NCBI GenBank assembly: GCA_001029795.1
Contig: CP011216.1
Location: 211,398-275,397, forward strand
Reading direction: 5' to 3'
Source of the DNA: a candidate division Kazan bacterium GW2011_GWA1_50_15
GTDB lineage: Bacteria; Patescibacteriota; Kazan-3B-28
Length of the DNA: 64,000 nucleotides
In this document: one piece after another, positions 23,154-32,395 of the stretch
Numbering within the stretch: the stretch's first letter is position 1
Layout of the letters: each line of letters opens with the position of its first letter
Translations under genes and position numbers: made by a program
The notes under the pieces: model-generated
What the model was told of the DNA's origin: nothing
The model's database searches: none
The model's input: the letters and a program-made list of their open reading frames with translations, nothing else

Positions 23154-23399
23154 TTAGGCGTATACTTCCGTGCCTTCTTTGACCGGCTCCTTGGTCTGGA
23201 TGCCGACCACGTCGCCCTTTTTAGCCGCGTCCACGCTCGCCCGCTCTATCTGCATGGACTCCACCGGCTGGCTGAACTCCACTTCACCTTTCTTGAAGGT
23301 GAGCGTGTCGCCTAGCTTGACCGAGCTGTTTAAGGACACAATCGCTACTCCGATCTTGTCGTAGTAGTGTGTGACCTTACCGACTGGTTTATCCGCCAT
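23154..23399 (-). CDS. small beta-barrel protein (EF-Tu domain II/U32 C-terminal-like)
   Basis: VGKVTHYYDKIGVAIV..F.Q.VESMQI..AKKGDVVG; GGAGG SD and TATAAT promoter. Confidence 0.8.
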   Translation of the reverse strand: MADKPVGKVTHYYDKIGVAIVSLNSSVKLGDTLTFKKGEVEFSQPVESMQIERASVDAAKKGDVVGIQTKEPVKEGTEVYA

Positions 23400-23485
23400 A
23401 ATATCCTCCCGTGGGTTAGGACTATGACTAATATATTATAGCACCGAGGGGAAGTATCCCCTCAAACCCCTCTTTTCTTTTTTCT

Positions 23486-23773
23486 TTCAAGCGTTCACGC
23501 CCCGCTTGATCGGGGCCAAGACGAGCGCCGCATCGCGCTCGACGATGGGCACTTTGGCTTGTCAAAGTGCCATAAATCGCTTACGCAGTCGCTCTCGTTA
23601 TTCATCTCAAGCAATTGCCTTACCGCTCTCGCCAAACTTTCCCGGCAAGCCGGGATTCGAACAGCTGGCTCCGCGATGGCAATTGCTTGGATTCAGGACA
23701 CTCGAGCTCCAATGCTTGGCGGCGAAAGAGTACGCGCCTCCGACGAAGGGCCGGTAGAAGAAACGTCATTGAA
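23486..23773 (+). ncRNA. candidate structured RNA or ssDNA element (~290 nt)
   Basis: closing helix TTCAA-GCGTT/AACGT-TTGAA and multiple internal hairpins; no credible ORF. Confidence 0.5.
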
Positions 23774-23821
23774 TAGATAATAAAAAAGCCCTGTGACCCG
23801 GGGCTTGTGCTACACTGTAGC

Positions 23822-24335
23822 TGGCTAATGGCCGATCGGGTCCTTGAGAACCAGGCCTGTATCTGACCGAGAGGGTATGGAGTGCTGACACCTGCTCTGC
23901 AAGGTGGTTCTGACCGGTTAAGACATCAACTGGCGATTGACGGATACTGACCCGCAAGCCCGACAATTGGTCCTCCCCGACTGCTTGCCCGCTTGCGAGT
24001 CGGAGGGTATTGCGTCTTTACGCTGGGAAGCACAGAGATTGAGCAAGTTTCTATGCTTATGTTTAATACCTCCTGTCTTCTGGTGCAAACGCGGACTCGG
24101 CTTTTCTGGAATGGTTCTTAGGATGCCGGTGGGTTGTCTGCCGGGGCCCCGGTGATCCCTCACACCATCGGCGAGGTAACAGAGCAATAGTGATTGCTAA
24201 CCATTCTGGCTCGCAGGCATGCGGGGCCTAGCCCCGGGGAGGGGGTAAAAAGATGGTGAGGCAATCTGCGCCTCGTTACCTGGACTCATTGTTCTTTTTT
24301 TCTAACTCTGGCCCGGAGTATAAACGGGCTTTTTT
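23822..24335 (+). ncRNA. candidate large structured ncRNA (~510 nt), class not recognised
   Basis: TGTGcTACACT extended -10 at 23806-23816; nested long-range helices with G-U pairs on the + strand; terminator at 24311-24335; no credible ORF. Confidence 0.65.
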
Positions 24336-25665
24336 ATTTTGTGGAACTTTTGATTAAGACGAAGCGGATGGGGGTGCCGGTGAAGTCCCAGAGGTTGCGG
24401 AGTTGCTTGTCGAGATACCGCAGATAAGTGAAGTGAACATCCTCGGGGTGGTTGGTTTTTAGTTGGATGATAGGCGGATTAACTCCGACCTGACGGACAA
24501 AGTAGATCTTGGGTGACTCGCGGCGGCCTTTGGGCGGCAGTTCGCGGACGGCCTTTAAGATAGTCCGGTTGAGGTCTTTGCTGGATATTTTTAAGTTCCG
24601 GGCCTGCCAGACCTGCAGGATGAGATCTTTGATCCTATCGACCCGCTGGCCGGTCAGGGCCGAGACATATAGGCGAGGCACCCAGGGGGCGAATTTATAT
24701 TTTTGGTCCAAGTATTTCTCGAATTCGGCGGTAATACTGGCGGATTTTTCCACTAAGTCCCATTTGTTGACGATCAAGATCGGGCTTTTGTAGTTGTCCA
24801 ATATCATCTGCATCACATGCATATCCTGCGCCAGCACGCCTTCGTGGCCTTCCATTAAAAGGAGGCAGATGTCGGCATTTTGGATGGAACGCAGAACATA
24901 CAGGGCGCTGACTTTTTCGATACCCACCTCAACTTTGCCGCGGCGGCGCAGACCGGCGGTGTCGATGAACTCAATGGTTTTGTCTTGATACGGGATGCTC
25001 TGATTGATAGCGTCCCGGGTGGTACCGGCGGTACTGCTGACCAAACTGCGTTCTTTGCCCACTAGTTTATTGAACAGGGTGGATTTGCCAACGTTGGGCC
25101 GGCCCAAAACCGCTACGCGCATAGTTTCAGTATCCTTTTTTCTGGTTCCGGTTTTGACCAATTTTATTTTTTTGAGCTGTTTCACCAGAGTATCCAACAT
25201 ATCCCCTACTCCCTTGCCGCTTAAACCGGAGGTGGCGAAGAGATGTGGGAAACCTAGCTTCAGGAAATCAGAGATGTTGGCTTCAGCGGCTTTGCTGTCG
25301 GTTTTGTTGACTAGCAGAATCACCGGTTTACCGAATCGACGGATAAGTTGAGCGGCTTCGGTGTCTTGGGGGTTCAACCCGGCCTTGGCGTCCACCATAA
25401 ACAAGATCAGGTCGGATGACTCCAGTGCCGTCTTGGTCTGCAAGAGGACGCTCTTGGCTATCTCGGATTTTTCATTCTGTTCAATACCAGCTGTGTCGGC
25501 CACGGTGAAAGTCAGCCCGTTCCAAGCCACATCGCCGAACAGCACATCTCGGGTGGTGCCGGCAATGTTCGACAAGATCGCCCGTCGTTCGCCGATCAGG
25601 CGGTTGAACAGGGTCGATTTGCCCGTATTCGGGCGACCGACAATTGCGACGAGATGCTGGGGCAT
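24334..25665 (-). CDS. der: ribosome biogenesis GTPase Der (EngA)
   Basis: two GTPase domains (GRPNTGKSTLFN, GRPNVGKSTLFN; DTAG; NKTD/NKWD) and a KH-like C-terminus. Confidence 0.97.
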   Translation of the reverse strand: MPQHLVAIVGRPNTGKSTLFNRLIGERRAILSNIAGTTRDVLFGDVAWNGLTFTVADTAGIEQNEKSEIAKSVLLQTKTALESSDLILFMVDAKAGLNPQDTEAAQLIRRFGKPVILLVNKTDSKAAEANISDFLKLGFPHLFATSGLSGKGVGDMLDTLVKQLKKIKLVKTGTRKKDTETMRVAVLGRPNVGKSTLFNKLVGKERSLVSSTAGTTRDAINQSIPYQDKTIEFIDTAGLRRRGKVEVGIEKVSALYVLRSIQNADICLLLMEGHEGVLAQDMHVMQMILDNYKSPILIVNKWDLVEKSASITAEFEKYLDQKYKFAPWVPRLYVSALTGQRVDRIKDLILQVWQARNLKISSKDLNRTILKAVRELPPKGRRESPKIYFVRQVGVNPPIIQLKTNHPEDVHFTYLRYLDKQLRNLWDFTGTPIRFVLIKSSTK

Positions 25666-25740
25666 AAATTAAAAATTAAAAAACTGTCTGATCTTGCCAT
25701 TTGGAGTTTGGCCTTTGTTTGTAATTTGACATTTGTAATT

Positions 25741-26673
25741 TTACTGAAGGGGTTCTATCCAAGAGTAGGCCTTCAGGGCCCAATCCAGGGCCTCCTTGCC
25801 TTCAGTGAAGCGATCCGGGCTATCTAGTAGTACCACGATTACCTTCTGGCCGCTATCCCCGATGGCTGAAGCTACCAGCGAAGCGCCGGCCTCGTCGGTG
25901 GTGCCGGTTTTGACTCCAATAACATTATCGTAGCGGCCGATGAGTTTGTTGGTGTTGTCGAGGGGATGGCGGAACTTGCCGGTGACATCCCTGGCGACGG
26001 TGGTTTTAACGGCAACGATCTCTGCAAAGGTGGTGTTAACTAGAGCAACTCGAGTCAGTTCGCCGAGATCACGGGCGGTGGAGTAGTGATCTGGGTCATC
26101 GAACCCGACTGGGTTAATAAAGTGGGTGTTAAATAATCCCAAAGTTTGGGCTTTAGAATTCATAAGTTGGGCGAAGTTGTCTTGACCTCCAGCGATATCA
26201 TAAGCGAAGGCTAGCGCAGCATCGTTGGCGGAGTGAATGAGGAGACCCTTGAGCAGGTTGAGTACCGTAATGCGTTCGCCTGAGTAGAGGTACATTTTAG
26301 AACCAGAGGTTTGGGTGGCTTCGGCGGGGACGATGATGACGGTGTCCAGATGGCTGCCGTATTTGTCCAAGACTACCAAGGCGGTCATGATCTTGGTGAT
26401 GGAGGCCATGGGCAGACGTTCGTCGTCGTTTTTGGCGAATAGGACACGGTTACTATCCTGGTCAAGAATAACCGCCGACTTGGTTTTTAGCTGAAGGTCG
26501 GGGTAGCTAGGGTTGCGCACAGGGCCGATTAGTACGTTAAGATTACGCGCGAACTGTTCGAGTGAGTAGTTGCGGTTGAATATATCAAATACCCCCAGTA
26601 GTTGAGACTGGACGGCATCCAGGGCACCCGTGAAGAATTGGGCAACTATCAGCAGAACGGACAGGGCTTGCAT
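25741..26673 (-). CDS. D-alanyl-D-alanine carboxypeptidase (S11)
   Basis: SITK (SxxK), SAN (SxN), KTG motifs. Confidence 0.93.
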   Translation of the reverse strand: MQALSVLLIVAQFFTGALDAVQSQLLGVFDIFNRNYSLEQFARNLNVLIGPVRNPSYPDLQLKTKSAVILDQDSNRVLFAKNDDERLPMASITKIMTALVVLDKYGSHLDTVIIVPAEATQTSGSKMYLYSGERITVLNLLKGLLIHSANDAALAFAYDIAGGQDNFAQLMNSKAQTLGLFNTHFINPVGFDDPDHYSTARDLGELTRVALVNTTFAEIVAVKTTVARDVTGKFRHPLDNTNKLIGRYDNVIGVKTGTTDEAGASLVASAIGDSGQKVIVVLLDSPDRFTEGKEALDWALKAYSWIEPLQ

Positions 26674-26676
26674 CAG

Positions 26677-28068
26677 CTACTTCTTGATTAAATCTAAACC
26701 TAACTCTTTCAGCGTAGCGGCATCAGCAGTTTTTGGTGAATCCATCATTGGATCGCGGGCTTTGTCGGTCTTGGGGAAAGCGATAACCTCGCGGATATTA
26801 GGCTCGTTTTGGAGTAACATCACCAGCCGATCAATGCCCGGAGCGATACCGCCATGCGGCGGAGCGCCGTATTTGAAGGCGGTTAACATGTGGCCGAACT
26901 TGGCTTCAGCGGTCTTGGCGTCGATGCCGAGAATCATAAATATTTTCTGCTGAAGGGCAGAGTCGTGAATTCTTAGCGAGCCACTGCCAACTTCGTAGCC
27001 GTTTAAGACCAAGTCATATGAGGTGGACAGGACTTTTTCTGGTTTTTTGTCTAAAAGTTTAATTTGGTCTGGCTTGGGAGCGGTGAATGGGTGGTGTTCG
27101 GAAGTGAGCTTGCCGCCGTCTTTAGCGAACAGCGGGAAATCGGTGATGAAGCAGAAAGCCAATTCGTCTTTATTGGTTTTGTCTTTGCGGAGGTCGGGCT
27201 TGTCGGATTTATATTTGGCTTGGGCCTCGGCATAAGTCAGGCGCGGGAAGGGCTTGGTGAGTTTTTTATCAGGATAGAGTGTCTCAACTAGCTGGGTCAT
27301 TAATTCCTCGGTCAGTTGCAAAACATCTTCCTCGGCGACGAAAGACATCTCCAAGTCGAGTTGCGTGAACTCCGGCTGGCGATCGCCGCGAGAATCTTCG
27401 TCGCGCATACAGCGGGCGATCTGGTAATAACGCTCGAAGCCGGCCACCATCAAAAGTTGTTTGTATTGTTGCGGGCTTTGTGGGAGTGCGTAGAAAGAAC
27501 CCGGGTATTTGCGACTGGGTACGACATAGTCCCGCGCGCCTTCGGGCGTGGGGGCGGTCAAAATGGGGGTTTCTATCTCGACGAATTTACGTTCGTTAAG
27601 GAAATTGCGGATAAAGTTAACGACTTGGTGGCGCATCAGCAGGTTTCGGTGGATACGGTCGTGGCGCAGGTCGAGATAGCGATATTTGAGCCGGAGCTCT
27701 TCCTCCACGCCTTTGTCTTGGTCAATTTCAAAAGGCGGGGTCTCGGCCTCGGTTAGAACCTCCAGCCCGGTGGCTTGGACCTCAACTTTGCCAGTCGGAA
27801 TTTTTTCGTTGACGGCCTTACCGCCACGTTCAACCACTTGACCAGTAATACGAACTACAGATTCGATTTTCAGGCCCTCTGCCGTCTCGCGGGCGGGGTT
27901 TTTGGTATCAAAGACCACCTGCACCAGCCCAAAGCCGTCCCGCAGGTCCACAAAGACGATCTGGCCCATATTCCGCTTGGCGTGGACCCAGCCGTATAAA
28001 TTAACGCTCTCCCCTACTTTCTGGGGAGTATCAGCGGTAAAAGTCCGGTCTTGGTTTGGTTTTCCCAT
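26677..28068 (-). CDS. aspS: aspartyl-tRNA synthetase (short, no GAD insert; likely non-discriminating)
   Basis: RLKYRYLDLR, TPEGARDY, YALPQSPQQYKQLLM, RQPEFTQLD, GAPPHGG. Confidence 0.97.
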   Translation of the reverse strand: MGKPNQDRTFTADTPQKVGESVNLYGWVHAKRNMGQIVFVDLRDGFGLVQVVFDTKNPARETAEGLKIESVVRITGQVVERGGKAVNEKIPTGKVEVQATGLEVLTEAETPPFEIDQDKGVEEELRLKYRYLDLRHDRIHRNLLMRHQVVNFIRNFLNERKFVEIETPILTAPTPEGARDYVVPSRKYPGSFYALPQSPQQYKQLLMVAGFERYYQIARCMRDEDSRGDRQPEFTQLDLEMSFVAEEDVLQLTEELMTQLVETLYPDKKLTKPFPRLTYAEAQAKYKSDKPDLRKDKTNKDELAFCFITDFPLFAKDGGKLTSEHHPFTAPKPDQIKLLDKKPEKVLSTSYDLVLNGYEVGSGSLRIHDSALQQKIFMILGIDAKTAEAKFGHMLTAFKYGAPPHGGIAPGIDRLVMLLQNEPNIREVIAFPKTDKARDPMMDSPKTADAATLKELGLDLIKK

Positions 28069-28135
28069 AGGCCAAAAATCCTCCTTAGCATACCAGAAAA
28101 TCTTGAGGTAAGAAAAAGCCCCGCATTAAGCGGGG

Positions 28136-28711
28136 CTATAATACATCAGGGGGAGGTTTCTGCTCCTGCTTTTGGCTCGCGTCCATAGCTATGCTGCTCA
28201 ACTCAATACCAATGATGATAACGGCGAAGAACGCTGAACCGGCCGCAAAAGCCCACAACAAGGTATGGGCGTAATCAGTTAGACCACCGGTGGTGGCGAG
28301 GGCGAGAGCGATGAAATTTTCCGGTACAACCATGACCAGATTCGACAGCATAGCGCCAAGCACAAATGGCAATAAGACGGTGCTGGCAATGACCACAAAC
28401 CACCAATCTGCCCTACTAAGAGACTGAGGCGGAGTACGAAGCTTGTAGGTTCCGTTTTCGATATCCCTGATCGCCAGACAAGATATCGTCTGGAAAAAGG
28501 CCCAAACCGCCCGCAATGCGCACCAACCGAAGAGAAGTTTTAAACCACTCAGCATCTGCGAAATGGTCTCAGCTCGTTCAGGACTGACCGGCAGTATACC
28601 TTTGGGAAAGTATACAGACCAGAACGAGTGGTCGTGGCCGAGCATAACGTAAAGTACTCCAACTCCGATCCAAAGCAAAAACCAAACAAAGAGTTTGCGT
28701 TGGGCGCTCAT
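28136..28711 (-). CDS. membrane hypothetical protein (orphan cassette)
   Basis: about four TM segments; own promoter and terminator (28113-28137). Confidence 0.7.
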   Translation of the reverse strand: MSAQRKLFVWFLLWIGVGVLYVMLGHDHSFWSVYFPKGILPVSPERAETISQMLSGLKLLFGWCALRAVWAFFQTISCLAIRDIENGTYKLRTPPQSLSRADWWFVVIASTVLLPFVLGAMLSNLVMVVPENFIALALATTGGLTDYAHTLLWAFAAGSAFFAVIIIGIELSSIAMDASQKQEQKPPPDVL

Positions 28712-28786
28712 AGCGACCCCCCTTTTAGTTAAAGATCAAAAAGACACCTCAGCATAGCGCAGGGGTGAGATATAGACAAGTTCTAG

Positions 28787-29104
28787 TTAGCCGAGCGGTT
28801 TTCCAACCAAAAGAATGGTCAGTGAGTCGAAGATGTTTTTGAGAAGTGGGAGAATCCCAGGGAACAGGACGACTACCACAATCAACCAGAGCCAATTTTT
28901 CTGAATAAGTCGGAACAGGGCTGAAGCAATCGCTAGAACCAAAATCAGCGACACGATCCACTGATACTGTTCGGGAAAGATACTGATAAAACTGTTGTAG
29001 ACATCAAATAGCCGTTCAACAAAGCCCTTGGCTGCGGTATTGGCCGCCTGCTTGGCTTGGTCGGCGACAGCGTTCGTGAGCGTATTGGCTATCTCATTTC
29101 CCAT
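28787..29104 (-). CDS. small membrane protein
   Basis: 105 aa with two hydrophobic helices. Confidence 0.7.
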   Translation of the reverse strand: MGNEIANTLTNAVADQAKQAANTAAKGFVERLFDVYNSFISIFPEQYQWIVSLILVLAIASALFRLIQKNWLWLIVVVVLFPGILPLLKNIFDSLTILLVGKPLG

Positions 29105-29134
29105 CTCAAGTTTATTTTAGCATAAGTTTTTGTT

Positions 29135-29221
29135 GTCATCCCGGGCTTGACCCGGGATCCAGATAGAAACAGGAAAATATTTTTTAGCAGGTCTAGATCC
29201 CGGCTCGGTGGCCGGAATGAC
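29135..29221. repeat. GTCAT...ATGAC palindromic repeat pair
   Basis: GTCATCCCGGGCTTGACCCGGGATCCAG ... CTAGATCCCGGCTCGGTGGCCGGAATGAC. Confidence 0.85.
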
Positions 29222-29233
29222 GGAGAAAGGTGA

Positions 29234-30232
29234 TTATTTTAGGAGTGCTTTAAAATCCTCGACTAGCTTGACTGGGGTGGGATCGATTCCCATTCTCTGT
29301 GCCAAGTAGTAAGAGCTCCAGTCCATTACGCCTAAGGTTGAAAATATCTTCTCGAGGCGGGAACGGCCCATCATATCCCAAATGGTAGCCTTTAACCCAA
29401 TACCCTGCCCGCGGAGGACCTCGGCGGTGATTTCCATCCGTTTATTCGCCCGTGGGTCATCGTCTGGGTCGCGGAGGATAACTACGCGGTAGTTATCTCG
29501 GGTGTTGGTGAAACCGACCATCTCGTTATGGTTGATTTCGGGAAAAGTATTCCAAAAAGCCGGGATTTTTGAGTTCTCGTTCAGTTTTATTTTAGCGATA
29601 CGCGCCACCGGCCAGTAGGCGTCTGACGCGTATACAAGTGGGATAGTCCCAAATAAACTTTCACCAAGTTGTTTCCCGGGTAGTTCAGTGTTGACGGATG
29701 CAAGCCAGTCAGCCATCTCGCGGACCTGTTTTTCGGATACCCATGGCAAGTGACCGGCCTTGATCAACAGGGCGGTGAGAATCGCAAATATATAGCCAGA
29801 GGACATGCGTGGTTGAAAATCGGACGATTCTTTAATGGTTTTAATGTACTGTACACCATCTTTCATCGCGCGTTCCAACAACCGCCCGCCAGAAGCCATA
29901 GCGATAACTTGTGCGCCAGATTCGAGCGCTTGATCGTAAGCCGAGAGAGTTTCTTCGGTATTACCCGAGAATGAATTGGCGATAACCAAGGTTTTGTCGT
30001 CCAGCGGGAACGGAATGGTGTAGTTCCGGCTAATCAGCAGCGGTGTGGTGATGTCCTCGGCGAAGGCGGCGTTCACTAAATCTCCCGCCAGGGCGCTGCC
30101 ACCCATCCCGGTTAAAATAACTCTTTCGACTGGAGTGCGGACTTCGGTTTTTAGCGCTAAATCAAAGCCCTTGGCGAACTGGAGGGGGAAGTCCGCTATC
30201 ATTCGGTGCATGTTGGAGGGGTCTAAAGTCAT
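29234..30232 (-). CDS. bifunctional phosphoglucose/phosphomannose isomerase (SIS family)
   Basis: GMGGSAL, SFSGNTEETL, QPR, NENSK, PEINHNE. Confidence 0.93.
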   Translation of the reverse strand: MTLDPSNMHRMIADFPLQFAKGFDLALKTEVRTPVERVILTGMGGSALAGDLVNAAFAEDITTPLLISRNYTIPFPLDDKTLVIANSFSGNTEETLSAYDQALESGAQVIAMASGGRLLERAMKDGVQYIKTIKESSDFQPRMSSGYIFAILTALLIKAGHLPWVSEKQVREMADWLASVNTELPGKQLGESLFGTIPLVYASDAYWPVARIAKIKLNENSKIPAFWNTFPEINHNEMVGFTNTRDNYRVVILRDPDDDPRANKRMEITAEVLRGQGIGLKATIWDMMGRSRLEKIFSTLGVMDWSSYYLAQRMGIDPTPVKLVEDFKALLK

Positions 30233-30278
30233 AAATGACTAAATTACAAAATTACAAATGACAAACAAATTCTAAATT

Positions 30279-31127
30279 CTAATTTTGGGCTAGGTGTTTG
30301 AGGGCGCGGATGTCTTTGAGGTCTTGCTTTGGGTCGCCTGTGCGGGGGGTCTCGAGAATGAACGGCAGATGTTTCAATTTACCGGCGTGGAGAAGATTTT
30401 TGAACCCTTCTATGCCGATCTCGCCTTTGCCGATGTTGGCGTGACGGTCTTTTTTGGAACCCAGCGGGAAGAGGGCGTCATTGGCGTGGATGAACTCGAG
30501 GTGCTTCAGACCTATCAGTTTATCAAATTTGGCGAGCAGCGCCGAAATATCCTTTTTCGTCCGCACATCAATACCCGAAACGAAGAGATGGCAGGTGTCG
30601 AGGGTAAAACCGAAACGTTTTTTGTTTTTGAGGCCTTTCCAAATAGCGCCAAGCTCTTCGATGGTATCGCCGATGCGGTTGCCGGCGCCGGCGTCGTTCT
30701 CCAGGATTAGTTTCACCGGCCATTTATCGTTCGTCAGCTCGGCTAAGCGGTTGAGAGTGATGATAGCATTAGCGATACCTTCGTTTTCACCCTCTTGATT
30801 ACTGCCGCAGTGGAAGTTATAACCGTCGGCTTGGATCGCGTAGGCCAGCTTGGCCTCATCTTTCATCTTTTTTAAGCTCAAGTTGCGCAAAGACGCCTTG
30901 TGGCTGGAGGGATTGGGCAGGTAGGCGGAGTGGACTAAAACTTTTTTGACCGGCGAATTTTTCCAGGCAGTTTTGAACTTCTCAACTTCTTTATCTGAAA
31001 CTGCCGGAGTAGCCCACATCTGGGGCGAGCCGACGAAAATCTGGATAGCGGTGGCACCTAATACCTCGGCTTCGGCAAAACATTTGTGGAGACCTCCGGC
31101 GGTAGAGACATGATATCCGAAAAGCAT
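30279..31127 (-). CDS. nfo: endonuclease IV
   Basis: GYHVS, HSAYL, ILEN, LDTCHLF, HAND, DRHANIG, ILETP. Confidence 0.95.
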   Translation of the reverse strand: MLFGYHVSTAGGLHKCFAEAEVLGATAIQIFVGSPQMWATPAVSDKEVEKFKTAWKNSPVKKVLVHSAYLPNPSSHKASLRNLSLKKMKDEAKLAYAIQADGYNFHCGSNQEGENEGIANAIITLNRLAELTNDKWPVKLILENDAGAGNRIGDTIEELGAIWKGLKNKKRFGFTLDTCHLFVSGIDVRTKKDISALLAKFDKLIGLKHLEFIHANDALFPLGSKKDRHANIGKGEIGIEGFKNLLHAGKLKHLPFILETPRTGDPKQDLKDIRALKHLAQN

Positions 31128-31167
31128 ACAGCCATTATATCAGGCGCTGGACCTACACCAACCAGTA

Positions 31168-32106
31168 TCAAGCCTCCTTTTTAACTAGGTTGGCGGGTTT
31201 GTCATCGCGTAGACCCAGGTAGACCGGTGCGCGGAGAATGTTATCGTTGGTCCACTCTAGAAATTTGAACTGGCCGACCAACTGCGGTTTAATCCAGGTG
31301 GTACCAGTATTGTCTAAGTCGTCTGCAAATGGCGAACGGGCAGTTTTGAGCCGACCCATGATTAGTTTCAGGCGGCGGCGTTCTAGCTGGGTGAACCCGG
31401 TTCCGACCTGACCGGCAAATTTCAGTTTGCCGCGGGCATAATAGCCGACAAGAACAGCGCCGAAGGTACGGGCGACTTTACCATAACCGCGGGTGAAACC
31501 GCCGATCACCAGTTCTTGTTCGTTGTGAGCTTTGATCTTCACCCAGCCGTATCCCCGCTTCCCCGGCAGATACTTGCTATCCTTCTTTTTGCCGATAATC
31601 CCTTCCCAACCGGAGCGCTTGGCCTTGGCGAACAGAGCCACACCTTTGCCATCAACGCCCTCGAGATATTTAATCCGAACGCTTTTAGCGATCCGCTTCA
31701 GCAGTTTTTTTCTGGCCACCAGTGGCTGGTTCGTAACTGACTTACCCTCCAGTGCCAAAATATCAAAAGCGTGATAAACGACCGGCACGGTGCGAGCTAA
31801 CCTGGCGATGATAGCCGGATTAGTTTGCTGCATCCGCGGCTGGAGGGCTTGGAACGAGCTCGCCACCCGTTTAGTGGCGGCCAATTCGCCATCCAACACC
31901 ACCGAGATTGTCGGCAGTTTGCGAGCGACCTCAACTATTTCCGGAAATTGGCGGCTCCGGTCAATTCCCCGGCGGGTAAATAGTTTGATGTTTTGGCGGT
32001 GTTTGACTAGAATAATGCGAGTGCCGTCTATCTTGCACTCAAAGAGCCAGTCCTTATCGTTGAAGGGTTTGTCTACTGGCTTACACAGCATAGGTGAGTA
32101 TCGCAT
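31168..32106 (-). CDS. ATP-dependent DNA ligase (LigD ligase domain only)
   Basis: ECKIDGTR, LDGEL, AFDIL, EGIIGK, WVKIK, GQVGTGF, LRAPVYLGLRDDK. Confidence 0.92.
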   Translation of the reverse strand: MRYSPMLCKPVDKPFNDKDWLFECKIDGTRIILVKHRQNIKLFTRRGIDRSRQFPEIVEVARKLPTISVVLDGELAATKRVASSFQALQPRMQQTNPAIIARLARTVPVVYHAFDILALEGKSVTNQPLVARKKLLKRIAKSVRIKYLEGVDGKGVALFAKAKRSGWEGIIGKKKDSKYLPGKRGYGWVKIKAHNEQELVIGGFTRGYGKVARTFGAVLVGYYARGKLKFAGQVGTGFTQLERRRLKLIMGRLKTARSPFADDLDNTGTTWIKPQLVGQFKFLEWTNDNILRAPVYLGLRDDKPANLVKKEA

Positions 32107-32170
32107 CGCTTTTATTGTAATACCTATTGGACTTGCCCGATAACCTCTGATAGGTTAGAATCGTTGGCGA

Positions 32171-32245
32171 GGCGCCATCGTCTAACGGTTAGGACGCAAG
32201 ATTCTCATTCTTGTAATCGGGGTTCGATTCCCCGTGGCGCTACCA
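32171..32245 (+). tRNA. tRNA-Glu (CTC)
   Basis: cloverleaf; anticodon arm CAAGA-TTCTCAT-TCTTG; GGTTCGATTCC; encoded CCA. Confidence 0.96.
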
Positions 32246-32395
32246 ACGGAAAATCGGGCTTGACCCGATTTTTTGGTGGGCGTCCTGGGATTGAACCCTC
32301 GCGAAGCGGAAGGTTCGCTCACGAGGCCGCCTTATAAGATGTTGGGTTTACCATAAAGCGGCGAGTGGCGGGGCCCCACAGTAGTGGGGATACAC

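Noticed and set aside
24050-24075. AGGAGG SD-like site on the minus strand
   Set aside because: No ATG/GTG/TTG at suitable spacing; the sequence is explained by pairing with GGAGGGTATT at 24002-24011
23506-24187. Short overlapping ORFs from the track (66-89 aa)
   Set aside because: No SD or leaderless signal, non-protein-like composition, mutually overlapping on both strands
23822-24335. Assignment of the large RNA to RNase P, tmRNA, group I/II intron, T-box or IscB omega-RNA
   Set aside because: No GAGGAAAGUCC, no tRNA-like ends or tag ORF, no P7 or domain V consensus, no UGGNACC antiterminator; CCATCGGCGAGG only loosely recalls omega-RNA and no IscB/TnpB gene follows
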